Shown: positions 30,907 to 41,644, counted from the stretch's first letter. The stretch: 64,000 nucleotides of DNA from Microcoleus sp. (GCA_042408215.1 JAYFMW010000013.1:24082-88081), one strand, 5' to 3'. Translations and numbers: made by a program. The notes: generated by a model from the letters alone, not told the origin.

Positions 30907-32406
30907 ATGAGCAATATTAATGTAGATTTGGTGGAAAATCCTGCGATTCAAGCATTGATTCGAGATCGAGCTAAGTTTCCTGAAGATTTTAAGCTGCATA
31001 TTTGCGAAGATGATGAAATGTATTTGTTTAGTCTGAGCAATGTCAAAGATGACAGCGATCGGGCTTTGGTGCGCTATTATTCCCTCGGTCGTCGCATTCT
31101 GGATACCGTCAAACAAATTGTAGATTGGCATTTTGGTAGTTTTGAAAATGTGCCGTCTTTTCTAGATTTTGCCTGCGGTTACGGTCGATTTACCCGGTTT
31201 TTGATTCAGGAAATGCCGCCGGAACGAGTTTGGGTTTCTGATATTTATGCTAATGCTGTTAAGTTTCAAAGCGAATACTTGGGCGTTCACGGTATTGTCT
31301 CAACTAAAAATCCTGAAAATTATCTAATTGACCGGAAGTTTGACTGCATTTTGGCTAATTCTTTTTTCAGCCATATGCCGGAAAGAACCTTTACAAATTG
31401 GCTGCAAAATTTGTACGATTTGTTGACTCCTAACGGTATTTTGATGTTCAGCGTTCACGATGAAAGTTTGCGGCTACCTCACGTAGAAATGCCGACAACA
31501 GGAATTTTGTTTAGTGCCGATAGCGAAAGTCAGTCTTTAGACAAGGAAGAATACGGCACAACTTATGTCACTGAGAAGTTTGTGAGAGAAATGGTCGATA
31601 GAGTTAGCGGTGGCAAAGCATTTGTGCATCGTCTGGAAAAAGGAATATGCAGATTTCAAGATTTGTATGTGGTGACAAATCAACTGCATCAAGAATTTTC
31701 TAGTTTAAAATTCAGTCACCACCCGGAAGGATATGTTGATGTTGCTGCTTTGACGACCAAGGATAATTTGTATCTGGAAGGATGGGCCGCTGATGTAAAT
31801 CAGGACGGTCGAATTGATGAGGTGCAAGTGCTAGTAAATGGTGAAGTTGTCCAGAGAACTGAGCCTTTTTACACTCGGCTGGATGTCGCTAAATATTTGC
31901 AAAATGATGCGACTTTGAAGTCAGGTTGGAATTGTTATTTAGCTAAAAACACTATTTCTCAGCAGGATGTGTTAACGATCAAAGCAGTCAATAACTTTGG
32001 TTGGGAATGGATTCTTGAAAACTGCACTGTGAAATCGCTTTTAAGTCAAAAGCAGTCGCAGTATTTGTTGGGGTCTACTCAAGCTCAGCTCAGCTTGGTT
32101 GAGACTCAGCTAGCTTCCGCTAAAATTGAACTGGAGCAAACTCAAAATAATTTAGTGCTTACTCAAACTCAGCTGCAAGAAACTCAAAAGGAATTAGTAA
32201 AAACTCGATCGCAGTTGGAGCAAACTCAAAGTAATGTAATATCTGTTGAAAGGCAGTTGGAAGACACTCAACATCGGCTAGCTAATGTTAAGAAAGAAGT
32301 GGAGCGATCGCACAATCGAATTCTGGCAATGGAAAGCAGCAAGTTTTGGCAACTGAGAACCGCTTGGTTTAAAGTCAGGCGGGCTTTTGGCTTAGCGGGA
32401 GAGTAA
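30907..32406 (+). CDS. Class I SAM methyltransferase with Ig-like domain and C-terminal coiled coil
   Basis: LDFACGYGR, SFFSHMP, LEGWA beta domain, Q/L heptad coil and MESSKFWQLR tail. Confidence 0.9.
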   Translation: MSNINVDLVENPAIQALIRDRAKFPEDFKLHICEDDEMYLFSLSNVKDDSDRALVRYYSLGRRILDTVKQIVDWHFGSFENVPSFLDFACGYGRFTRFLIQEMPPERVWVSDIYANAVKFQSEYLGVHGIVSTKNPENYLIDRKFDCILANSFFSHMPERTFTNWLQNLYDLLTPNGILMFSVHDESLRLPHVEMPTTGILFSADSESQSLDKEEYGTTYVTEKFVREMVDRVSGGKAFVHRLEKGICRFQDLYVVTNQLHQEFSSLKFSHHPEGYVDVAALTTKDNLYLEGWAADVNQDGRIDEVQVLVNGEVVQRTEPFYTRLDVAKYLQNDATLKSGWNCYLAKNTISQQDVLTIKAVNNFGWEWILENCTVKSLLSQKQSQYLLGSTQAQLSLVETQLASAKIELEQTQNNLVLTQTQLQETQKELVKTRSQLEQTQSNVISVERQLEDTQHRLANVKKEVERSHNRILAMESSKFWQLRTAWFKVRRAFGLAGE

Positions 32407-32459
32407 AGGTCGAGTAAAATTGGTTTGGGAATTAGGGCGAGGGAGAAGGGAGAGAGATT

Positions 32460-35400
32460 GTGAATACAAATGACAGCAAATCATCGGTTTTTATTGTAAC
32501 TGGAATGCACCGTTCTGGTACATCTTTAACAGCTTCTTTGTTTCAGAAAGTTGGGGTTGATATTGGCAACAAGTTAGTGGGCCCGGCCGACGGAAATGTT
32601 AAGGGTCATTTCGAGAATGTTGATTTTGTGGAATTTCACAAAAGTGTTTTGCGATCGCAAGGCATAGATGAACTCGGCTGTACTTTAGAAAAAACAATTT
32701 CCGTAGCAGCAGAATTTGTAGAAATCGCCAAAAAATTAATCACAGAAAATCAACAAACAGACAAATACTGGGGTTGGAAAGACCCGCGAACAGCACTTTT
32801 TGGGAATTTTTGGTTAACTCTGTTACCCCAAGCTAATTTTATCTGCGTTTATCGATCGCCCTGGGAAGTAGTCGATTCCCTGTACCGTCGGGGAACCGAT
32901 GTCAGCTTGCTGAACAATCCCGAAATGGCCGTAAAAATGTGGATTCACTACAATCAGCAAGTCCTAGAGCTTTACGAAGGTTTTCCCGATCGCTGTCTGC
33001 TAGCCAACGTTTACGCGATCGGCAATAATCCCGAACTTTTCATCAATCAAGTCAACCAAAAATTTAATGTTAATTTAGGTGCAATACCCGCCGAAAATTT
33101 TGACAAATCTCTCTTAGTAAATGAGAGCAAAAAAACTCACAAGCCTAGCCTGATTAAACAATATTTTCCCGAAGCTTTAGAACTGTACGAAATATTGGAA
33201 ACAAAAGCTGATAAATTGAGCGAAACATCAAATTTATCGTCGGCTCAAGTGATTGATTTACCAACATCTCCCCTTTGGCCTTTTGAAGATTGGCTAAAAA
33301 TTAGAGTGCTGGAAAAACAGCAGAAAAATAGCAAATCCGATATCCAACAGTGGCAATCACAATTTAAACAAGCTCAGGCAAAACTGCTCGGATTAGAAAC
33401 AGAATTGGGGCAAACCCAGATACAGTTGGCCGGCCAAGAATCGCAATTTCAAGAAGCTTTAGTCAAACTGCTCGGATTAGAAACAGAATTAGGGCAAACC
33501 CAGGTACTGCTTGCCGGCCAAGAATCGCAATTTCAAGAAGCTTTGGCGAAAGTATTGGGATTAGAAGCAGAGTTAGGTCAAACTCAGGTACTGCTTGCCG
33601 GCAAAGAATCACATCTTCAAGAAGCTGCGATAAAACTCCTGGGATTGGAAACAGAATTAGGCCAAACTCAGGTAAAGCTGGCCGGTCAAGAATCCCAATT
33701 TCAAATAGCTTTGGCGAAACTCTTGGAATTAGAAGCAGAATTAGGGCAGAGTCAGGTACAAATTGAAGAAAAAGAATTTAGATTGCAGGCCAACTTAACT
33801 GAACTAATGCGGTTCAAAAAATCACAAAGTGAAACTCAGGAAAAATTCAGTGAAACTCTGGAAATTTTAGAACAATCGCGGCAGGAAAATGAATTAATCC
33901 GGGCAGAACTTGCTGCACTTAAGTCTTCTGATTGGTGGCAAATCCGGGAGAACTGGTTTGAATTGCAACGCCGATTCCGCGACATTTTGCCGAGATTTAT
34001 TTTTTCTTTGGATCGACCAACTACTTGGCAAGTTTGTGATTCTAACCTGCTAATAGTTGGCTGGGTTTTCAACAGTAAAAAATCTATAAAAGCAGTGCGT
34101 GCGAGAATTCAAAATCAGAGTTTTGTGGGAGTTTACGGGATAGAAAGAAGCGATATAGCGCTAGCTTACTCTAATATTATTGCTGCCAAAAATTCTGGTT
34201 TCACAATAGAGTTGGTAGCGCCACCTGGACGACACGAAGTGCTGCTTGAGGTGCAAAATAGTCAAGGTAAATGGCATATTTTGGCAATTTATCCGCTGTT
34301 GGTTTCCACGATTCAAGCCTCCTTGGATGTACCGGTAGTGTGGGAACAGCATCAGGGTCAAATTTTGTTTGCAGGTTGGTGTTGTCACCACGATCGCCAA
34401 ATTACTAAATTGAATGTTTTGTGCGGCGATACTTCTGTAGAATGCGCTTACGGTTTGCGCCGAAAAGATGTCGGCGAAGTGTTTCCCGACTGGGTTAACA
34501 GTACCGAAAGCGGGTTTGAAGTCCTTGTCGATTTGCCTCCGGGCGAATGGCAAGTTTCTCTGCAAGCAGAGTTGGAAACTGGGGAAACTTTGTATTTTCA
34601 AGCGCCGAAAATATTGACCGTGCGGCGCTATGATATCTGGCAGCGAAGTGCTGACAAATTTGAGGAGTTATCAAGGTTTACGGCTGCAATTCAGCAGCGC
34701 GCGAAGGAAAGAAAACAGCGTCTAGGTCGAATTTTTCCCATGCCCTGGGAAATTGTGAAAGTGCTGCGCCAGTTTCAGACGATTTACCGGCAGCAAAAAC
34801 AGTTTATTTCCCCAGGGGATTTGCTGCCGCCTGTGGGTTTTGTTGTGCCGCAGCCGATTGATAGGTATGATGCTTGGCTGTCGGTGAATCAGTGGAATGA
34901 GCGATCGCGCAATTACTTGATTTCTCGTTTAGAATCTTGTCAGGAAGCACTGCCCAAAATTTCGGTAGTGATGCCAGTTTACAACCCGCAAGTAGAGTTT
35001 TTGTCAAGTGCGATCGCCAGCGTTTTCAATCAAGTTTATCAAAACTGGGAACTTTGTATTGCCGACGATTGCAGCACCGATTTAAAAGTCATTGAAACCT
35101 TAAAAAACTGGGCAACAAAAGACAGTCGAATTCAGATTACCTTTCGGAAAGAAAACGGCAACATCAGTGCCGCCACCAACAGCGCCACAGAACTTGCAAC
35201 AGGCGATATCATCCTATTTTTGGACAACGACGACGAACTAACTCCCGACGCATTAGGAGAAGTTGCCTTATATTTTGCCACCCATCCCACCACCGATTTT
35301 CTCTACTCCGACGACGATAAAATTGACACCAAAGGCCGCCGATTTTCCCCGCAATTCAAACCAGAATGGTCGCCAGAACTGCTACTTTCCTATATGTATC

Positions 35401-37820
35401 TAGGTCATTTGTGCGCTGTCAAAAAGCAGATATTTGAACAAGTAGGCGGTATGCGACTAGGTTTTGAAGGCTCGCAAGATTACGATTTTGCCTTGAGAGC
35501 AACCGAAATTTCTCGCCACGTCGCACACCTGCCCCTCGTACTGTATCACTGGCGCACTGCACCCGGTTCCACCGCCATATCTGGAGCGGCGAAACCTGCA
35601 AGTTTTGCAGCAGGTCAAAAAGCTATTCAAGATGCATTAAACCGCCAAAAAATCAACGGAAATGTCGCTCAGCATTCCTGGGCAATTCAAGAAAATTTGG
35701 GAATATTTGCTCAGGATTTCCCCGACACCGGGCCGTCAGTGACAATTATTATTCCTACTAAGAACCAAGAACAATTGCTAAAATCCTGTCTGGATTCTCT
35801 GGAGGCTACCACCTACAAAAATTATCAAATTCTTGTCATCGATAACGAAAGCGACGACCCGAAAGCGCTGGAATATTTCAATAAATTAAATTGCCAAGTT
35901 TTGCCAATCAAAAATAAGAAAGGCAAGTTTAGTTATGCAGCAATTAATAACCGCGCCGTCGAACAATGTGACAGCCAATATATCTTGTTTTTGAACAATG
36001 ATACTGAGATAATCAACCCCCGCTGGCTGAGTCAGATGGTGGGATATGCTCAAATTTACGGCGTGGGTGCTGTCGGCGCGAGACTGTTATATCCTGACAA
36101 CAGAATTCAGCACGCGGGCATAATTCACGGGCTCCATCATGGTTTGGCTGGTCACGCTTTTAAGTTGATGAATAGTGATAACCGAGGCTATCTTTCTCAG
36201 GCGATGGTGACGCGAAATTACTCGGCTGTTACTGCTGCTTGTATGCTGACTCCGCGTCAATTGTTCTTAGAATTTGGCGGTTTTGATGAGCAGAATTTTG
36301 CTGTTGCTTACAATGATGCTGATTATGGATACCGACTGTTAGAAAAGGGCTACCGCTGTGTATATTGTCCCGATGCGGAACTGTTACACAAAGAGGGAGC
36401 TTCTAGAGGTTTTAATGACAATCCGAGAGAAGTAGCAGCATTTCGGCGCAAGTATGCTGGGAAAAATGATGGTTTTTACAGTCCTCACTTGTCTCTAGAA
36501 GATGAGTATTTTCATATTCAACCTCGACGGGTTTTTATGAAGGAAGAGGGAAGTTCGGCAACGGATTCTGTAACGGATGTAACGGATGTAACGGATGGAT
36601 GGAAGAAGGAAGAACTAAAATTTGATGATTTTGGTTCTTTGATATCAGCAAAAAATCATATTTATCCTATCAAACTTTTGATGTGCAGCAATTCGCTGGA
36701 TTTCACGGGGGCGCCACTGCATCAGTACGAAATTGCGGTGAAGTTGGCGGCTGAGGGAAGTATTAAGCCGATCGCATTTTGCGTTTCTGATGGGCCACTG
36801 CGACAGGCTTACGAACAGCAGGGGATTGAGGTAATTATTCACGATAATCCTCTCGAACATATCTACCAGCGTGATGCTTATGATGAGGCGATCGATAATT
36901 TTAGTCAGGAAATTAAAAAATTTAAAATAGATGCCATTTATGCTAATACTTTAGAGAATTTCTTTGTGGTTGATGCGGCGCAGCAAATCGGAATTCCTAC
37001 AGTGTGGAACGTCCATGAAAGCGAACCTTGGCAAACTTATTTTAACAGATTTGGTGCGGAGATTGCGGCGAGAGCTTTAGAGTGTTTTCGCTTTCCTTAC
37101 AAGGTGATTTTTGTGGCGGATGCAACGCGAGACAGATATTTACCTCTGAATAGCCACCACAATTTTACAGTGATTCATAATGGCTTAGATTTGAGTCGAT
37201 TGGACAATTCGGACAATCCTGAATTGGCTAGAAATAGTCTTGGTGTTGAGCAGGAAGATGTGGTAATTTTGTTGCTGGGAACAGTATGCGAAAGAAAAGG
37301 CCAGCAGGATTTAGTCAAGGCGCTGTCACTTTTGCCGGAAAAATGGCACAGTAAAATTAAGTGTTTTATTGTGGGCGATCGACCGAGTATTTACAGCAAT
37401 CAATTAGCCGATTTGGTGGGCGAATTGCCAGAAAAATTGCAGCAAAGGGTGACAGTTGTCCCGGAAACACCGGAGACTGGAAAATATTACCAAGCCGCAG
37501 ATATTTTTGTTTGCACTTCTCGGATCGAAAGTTTTCCCAGAGTGATTTTAGAGGCGATGGCTTGCGATTTGCCAATTATTACAACGCCTGTTTTTGGGAT
37601 TATAGAACAGGTGAAGCCGGGAATTAACGGTTTATTTTACACTCCCGATCGCCCGGAGGAGTTAGCGGCTGCATTGAATACTTTATTGGAGGATGAATCT
37701 TTGCGGGATTTGTTAGCAGATAATGCTAAATATGTGTTAGAGTCATTGAATACTTTTGCAGAAATGACTCAAGGTTATGGTCAAATTTTTAGAGAAGCTT
37801 ATTTTACTAATAAAAAGTAA
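32460..37820 (+). CDS. Multidomain sulfotransferase / coiled-coil / GT2 / GT2 / GT4 glycosyltransferase
   Basis: TGMHRSGTS and WGWKDPR (sulfotransferase); 5x28-aa repeats; ISVVMPVYN..LDNDD; VTIIIPTKN..FLNNDTE; ESFPRVILEAMA (GT4). Confidence 0.93.
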   Translation: MNTNDSKSSVFIVTGMHRSGTSLTASLFQKVGVDIGNKLVGPADGNVKGHFENVDFVEFHKSVLRSQGIDELGCTLEKTISVAAEFVEIAKKLITENQQTDKYWGWKDPRTALFGNFWLTLLPQANFICVYRSPWEVVDSLYRRGTDVSLLNNPEMAVKMWIHYNQQVLELYEGFPDRCLLANVYAIGNNPELFINQVNQKFNVNLGAIPAENFDKSLLVNESKKTHKPSLIKQYFPEALELYEILETKADKLSETSNLSSAQVIDLPTSPLWPFEDWLKIRVLEKQQKNSKSDIQQWQSQFKQAQAKLLGLETELGQTQIQLAGQESQFQEALVKLLGLETELGQTQVLLAGQESQFQEALAKVLGLEAELGQTQVLLAGKESHLQEAAIKLLGLETELGQTQVKLAGQESQFQIALAKLLELEAELGQSQVQIEEKEFRLQANLTELMRFKKSQSETQEKFSETLEILEQSRQENELIRAELAALKSSDWWQIRENWFELQRRFRDILPRFIFSLDRPTTWQVCDSNLLIVGWVFNSKKSIKAVRARIQNQSFVGVYGIERSDIALAYSNIIAAKNSGFTIELVAPPGRHEVLLEVQNSQGKWHILAIYPLLVSTIQASLDVPVVWEQHQGQILFAGWCCHHDRQITKLNVLCGDTSVECAYGLRRKDVGEVFPDWVNSTESGFEVLVDLPPGEWQVSLQAELETGETLYFQAPKILTVRRYDIWQRSADKFEELSRFTAAIQQRAKERKQRLGRIFPMPWEIVKVLRQFQTIYRQQKQFISPGDLLPPVGFVVPQPIDRYDAWLSVNQWNERSRNYLISRLESCQEALPKISVVMPVYNPQVEFLSSAIASVFNQVYQNWELCIADDCSTDLKVIETLKNWATKDSRIQITFRKENGNISAATNSATELATGDIILFLDNDDELTPDALGEVALYFATHPTTDFLYSDDDKIDTKGRRFSPQFKPEWSPELLLSYMYLGHLCAVKKQIFEQVGGMRLGFEGSQDYDFALRATEISRHVAHLPLVLYHWRTAPGSTAISGAAKPASFAAGQKAIQDALNRQKINGNVAQHSWAIQENLGIFAQDFPDTGPSVTIIIPTKNQEQLLKSCLDSLEATTYKNYQILVIDNESDDPKALEYFNKLNCQVLPIKNKKGKFSYAAINNRAVEQCDSQYILFLNNDTEIINPRWLSQMVGYAQIYGVGAVGARLLYPDNRIQHAGIIHGLHHGLAGHAFKLMNSDNRGYLSQAMVTRNYSAVTAACMLTPRQLFLEFGGFDEQNFAVAYNDADYGYRLLEKGYRCVYCPDAELLHKEGASRGFNDNPREVAAFRRKYAGKNDGFYSPHLSLEDEYFHIQPRRVFMKEEGSSATDSVTDVTDVTDGWKKEELKFDDFGSLISAKNHIYPIKLLMCSNSLDFTGAPLHQYEIAVKLAAEGSIKPIAFCVSDGPLRQAYEQQGIEVIIHDNPLEHIYQRDAYDEAIDNFSQEIKKFKIDAIYANTLENFFVVDAAQQIGIPTVWNVHESEPWQTYFNRFGAEIAARALECFRFPYKVIFVADATRDRYLPLNSHHNFTVIHNGLDLSRLDNSDNPELARNSLGVEQEDVVILLLGTVCERKGQQDLVKALSLLPEKWHSKIKCFIVGDRPSIYSNQLADLVGELPEKLQQRVTVVPETPETGKYYQAADIFVCTSRIESFPRVILEAMACDLPIITTPVFGIIEQVKPGINGLFYTPDRPEELAAALNTLLEDESLRDLLADNAKYVLESLNTFAEMTQGYGQIFREAYFTNKK
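33363..33782 (+). repeat. Five 84-bp (28-aa) coiled-coil repeats
   Basis: FQEAL.KLLGLETELGQTQV.LAGQESQ x5. Confidence 0.9.
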
Positions 37821-37869
37821 TCGTTCAAGATTAAATGGTAAAAAAGTATGGAGTAAAATTTCGACCCTC

Positions 37870-38787
37870 GTGGAAGAGAGCACCTCAAATGAATTAACAG
37901 CTAAAAATTACTGGGAGACTAACCCAACAGCCGCCATTGGGAAGCAGGGTTACTGGTTGTCTAATCCGATTATAGAAAAAACTATAAACTATCGGCTGTC
38001 AGGTGGTAAGACTCAAGGTTACTGGCTAACCTGGTTAGTAAATAAATATTTCAAAAAGCGACGGTTCGATCGCCTTTTATCTATTGGTTGCGGTGTCGGG
38101 AATCACGAGATTTTGATGGCTAAATTAGGATTTGCCAGTCAAATTGATGCCTTTGACTTTTCCGAAAACTCTTTAGAAATTGCCAGAAAAGATGCCACAG
38201 CAGCGGGAGTAGATATTAATTTTTATCAAGATGACTTTAATTTATTTACGATTGATGATAGTAAAAAGTACGATGTAATTTTTTGCTCTGGTTCCCTGCA
38301 TCACGTCAGAGAACTAGAACGATGTTTGTCAATTGTTCGGAAATGTTTAAAACCCGATGGATATTTTATTGTCAATGAATACATAGGAGATTGCTACAAT
38401 ATATATAATCAAAATCAAGAGGATTTGATTAATCGCATTTACGAATGTTTTCACGACACGCTAAAGTCGGGAACAACTGAAAAATTTTCGAGTCCAAGTA
38501 TTGAGGAAGTATTGGCGAGAGATTCTTCAGAAGCAGTCCGGTCAAAGCTGATACTTCCGTTTTTAGAATTCTACTTTGATGTGGAAGTCTTGAATCCCGC
38601 CGGTGGGGGGTTGCTTCACGAACTTTACCCTTTCTTAGATCACGATCGACTTTCAGACGGAGAACCCAAGAGTGAAACAATAATCAAGTTATTGCTTGAG
38701 ATTGAAACAATCTTAATGGAGCAGCCGGGAGGACTATCAAGCGACTTTTGTTTGTGTATTCTGAGACATAAAAAACAATGGAAATAA
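37870..38787 (+). CDS. Class I SAM-dependent methyltransferase
   Basis: LSIGCGVG, DAFDFS and GSLHHV motifs. Start uncertain (frame open from 37777). Confidence 0.88.
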   Translation: MEESTSNELTAKNYWETNPTAAIGKQGYWLSNPIIEKTINYRLSGGKTQGYWLTWLVNKYFKKRRFDRLLSIGCGVGNHEILMAKLGFASQIDAFDFSENSLEIARKDATAAGVDINFYQDDFNLFTIDDSKKYDVIFCSGSLHHVRELERCLSIVRKCLKPDGYFIVNEYIGDCYNIYNQNQEDLINRIYECFHDTLKSGTTEKFSSPSIEEVLARDSSEAVRSKLILPFLEFYFDVEVLNPAGGGLLHELYPFLDHDRLSDGEPKSETIIKLLLEIETILMEQPGGLSSDFCLCILRHKKQWK

Positions 38788-39488
38788 TACCGCCTAAAGT
38801 AGATTACGAAAGTGCGTGGGACAGTTACGCCCAACAGTGGCAAAAAACTAATCCCAAACTCGCCCATATTGGCGATGAATGGATCGGAAAAGGTGCGGGT
38901 GCGGCTAATTCGCTAGCAGAATATGAAGCACTGATAGAACAGGAATTTATCGCACCGTATATCAAACCAGAACATACAGTTTTGGAAATTGGGATCGGCG
39001 GTGGAAAAACCGGTTCGTTGTTGCTTAAATATGGCGATCGCCTAATTTGTGCTGACATTTCCAGTCAAATGCTACAAGCAACCCGATCGCGCTTGGGCGA
39101 CCATCGCGTTTCTTACGTCAAACTCGACGGGTTAACATTAGATGGTATCGCCCCAGAATCTGCTGATGTCTGCTTTTGTTACGATACAATGGTGCACGTA
39201 GAGCCGGTGGATATATTCAACTACCTAACTCGAATTCCGAAACTGCTGCGGGGCGATCGCATTTGCGTTTTTCACCACGGGAATATTCTCAGCGAATTAG
39301 GTTGGCAAAAATTCGCCAGCGAGTGGGATAAAAACTTGTTGGGATGCAGAGATGGCACCGCATTCTCAGTGATGACTGATACAATTATGGAACAATTTCT
39401 CAACCATTTAAACTATGAAATCATCCTGAAAAACACATCTTCAGTACCGCGAGATTGCGTCTGGATCTGCAAAGCACCCAGTTATTAG
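38778..39488 (+). CDS. Class I SAM-dependent methyltransferase
   Basis: VLEIGIGGG, ADISSQML and YDTMVH motifs. Confidence 0.88.
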   Translation: MEIIPPKVDYESAWDSYAQQWQKTNPKLAHIGDEWIGKGAGAANSLAEYEALIEQEFIAPYIKPEHTVLEIGIGGGKTGSLLLKYGDRLICADISSQMLQATRSRLGDHRVSYVKLDGLTLDGIAPESADVCFCYDTMVHVEPVDIFNYLTRIPKLLRGDRICVFHHGNILSELGWQKFASEWDKNLLGCRDGTAFSVMTDTIMEQFLNHLNYEIILKNTSSVPRDCVWICKAPSY

Positions 39489-39740
39489 TCATTAGTCATT
39501 AGTTGTTAGTCATTAGTTGTTATTATTGGTTATTAGTTATTGGCAGCTAACAAATAACTAATAACCAATAATAACAGTCAACAGACAACTAATAACAGAC
39601 AACTAATAACAGACAACTAATAACAGACAACTAATAACAGACAACTAATAACAGACAACTAATAACAGTTAACAGACCCTTCGACTACCCTTCGGCTTCG
39701 CTCAGGGGAAACGCTCAGGGCACGGAAACAGTCAACAGTC
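39482..39740. repeat. Heptamer and 14-mer tandem tracts plus a self-nested small dispersed repeat
   Basis: TTAGTCA/TTAGTTG tract; ACAGACAACTAATA repeated ~6 times; CCCTTCGACTA[CCCTTCGGCTTCGCTCAGGGGAAA]CGCTCAGGGCA. Confidence 0.85.
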
Positions 39741-39756
39741 GTACCGCCAACAGTCA

Positions 39757-41037
39757 ATGAAAGCACTATTTCTCCATCCAAACTTCCCCGCCCAATACCG
39801 GCACATTATCACTGCTTTAGGCGCAGATCCAAAAAACCAGATAGTTTTTGGAACTAAAAACGAGCGCCCAGAATGGAACATTCCCGGTGTTCGCAAAGCA
39901 GCATTTACACCCAGCCGCGAGCCCAACGCGCAGACTCACCAATACGTTCGCCCCTTAGAAAGTGCCGTCATCTACGGACAAGCCGTATTTAGAATGGCTG
40001 AACAACTCAAAGCCGATGGTTTTGTACCCGATGTGATCTGCGGTCATTCCGGTTGGGGGCCAACATTGTTTGTCAAAGAAGCTTTTCCAAATACGCCGCT
40101 TTTGTGTTATTTCGAGTGGTTTTATCACTCGATCGGTTCCGACGCAGATTTCGACCCAGCGGAACCTTTAACAGTTGACGATATGGCCAGAATTAGAATC
40201 AAAAATGCGCCGATTCTGATAGATTTATACTCTTGCGATTGGGGTTTGTCGCCCACTTATTGGCAGCGATCGCAATTTCCGCCAGAATTACAACAAAAAC
40301 TCTCCACACTCCACGACGGCGTAGATACAGACTACTTCAAACCAGACCCCGGTGCTAAACTGGTTTTGCCTAACTTAGACTTGTCCGGCGTTGATGAAAT
40401 TGTCACCTATGTATCGCGAGGAATGGAACCTTACCGAGGATTTCCAGAGTTTATTGAATCCATCGCCTATGTACAAGAACGCCGCCCCAATTGTCACGTA
40501 GTAGTTGTTGGTTCAGAAAGAGTTTGTTATGGTCGTTCTTTACCTAATGGCGAGTCTTACAAAGACTATATGCTCAAAAAAGTACCGCTAGATTTGTCGC
40601 GAGTTCACTTTGTCGGGCCACTACCTTACGGACTGTATTTAAAAGTAATTCAAGCATCGGATGTCCACGTTTATTTAACCAGACCTTTTGTGCTATCTTG
40701 GTCAATGATTGAATCTCTATCAACGGGATGTTTAGTCATCGGTTCCGACACAGGCCCAGTCAGAGAAGTGATTCGCGACGGAGAAAACGGTTTGTTAGTC
40801 GATTACTTCTCGCCTAAACAAGTAGCCGATCGCATTGATGAAGTTTTAGACCATCCTACCCGCATGGCAGAAGTTCGCGTCAGGGCCCGTGAAACAGCAT
40901 TAGAACGCTACAGTTTAGCTAAAATGTTGCCGCAACACTTACGACTAATCGAGCAGGTAGCGAATCGTTCAATGCCGCCTACAGTTGGTATGGAACCAGA
41001 ACGGGAATTAGCAGCATCTTTTGCAGTGAGAATTTAG
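39757..41037 (+). CDS. Glycosyltransferase family 4 protein
   Basis: LHPNFPAQY, GHSGWG, RGMEPYRGF and YLTRPFVLSWS motifs. Confidence 0.93.
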   Translation: MKALFLHPNFPAQYRHIITALGADPKNQIVFGTKNERPEWNIPGVRKAAFTPSREPNAQTHQYVRPLESAVIYGQAVFRMAEQLKADGFVPDVICGHSGWGPTLFVKEAFPNTPLLCYFEWFYHSIGSDADFDPAEPLTVDDMARIRIKNAPILIDLYSCDWGLSPTYWQRSQFPPELQQKLSTLHDGVDTDYFKPDPGAKLVLPNLDLSGVDEIVTYVSRGMEPYRGFPEFIESIAYVQERRPNCHVVVVGSERVCYGRSLPNGESYKDYMLKKVPLDLSRVHFVGPLPYGLYLKVIQASDVHVYLTRPFVLSWSMIESLSTGCLVIGSDTGPVREVIRDGENGLLVDYFSPKQVADRIDEVLDHPTRMAEVRVRARETALERYSLAKMLPQHLRLIEQVANRSMPPTVGMEPERELAASFAVRI

Positions 41038-41358
41038 CACGATCTATAAGAGTCACTCTCAGCTTGCGCGATCCCAGATCTATTTTGTGGTAAAGCTTCA
41101 GCTTTTATACTCGTAAATGAAAACAAGGAAACTGCGATCGTGAAGATCGACAGAGAGAAAACGCGAGATTGTTGCATTGTTTTAAATTTTAGTGCTGGTA
41201 GGGTGCGTCAGGTTCAAGATTCTCAACAAATAGGGTCGATACAATTCTGATGCACCATTAGTCGCTGTAGGAGCGATTAATCGGGGTAGGGAAACGGCAT
41301 TGCCGTGTCCTCCAAATTAGGAGACGGCAGTGCCGTGTCCCTACCTGATTATTTGGTA

Positions 41359-41640
41359 TTACATAATTTTAGGCACTTTGAAAAACTCCCCATCGCGATC
41401 GGGAGCTCCCTCCAAAATACTTTCTCCCTTAGCAAAGGGTTGCAAATCGTCCGATCGCATGACATTACTAACATCGATCGCCCGCGTTGTCGGCTGCACC
41501 TTACTCGTATCCAGTTCACTCAACTGCTCGAAATAATCCAAAATACCGTTAAGTTGACCAGTAAACTGCTCTTCTTCTTCAGGCGTTAATTCCAATCTCG
41601 CTAAATTTGCTACTTTCCGAACTTCTTCTTTGTCAATCAT
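41359..41640 (-). CDS. gatC: Asp-tRNA(Asn)/Glu-tRNA(Gln) amidotransferase subunit C
   Basis: [30 protein letters not shown]. Confidence 0.97.
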   Translation of the reverse strand: MIDKEEVRKVANLARLELTPEEEEQFTGQLNGILDYFEQLSELDTSKVQPTTRAIDVSNVMRSDDLQPFAKGESILEGAPDRDGEFFKVPKIM

Positions 41641-41644
41641 AAAA

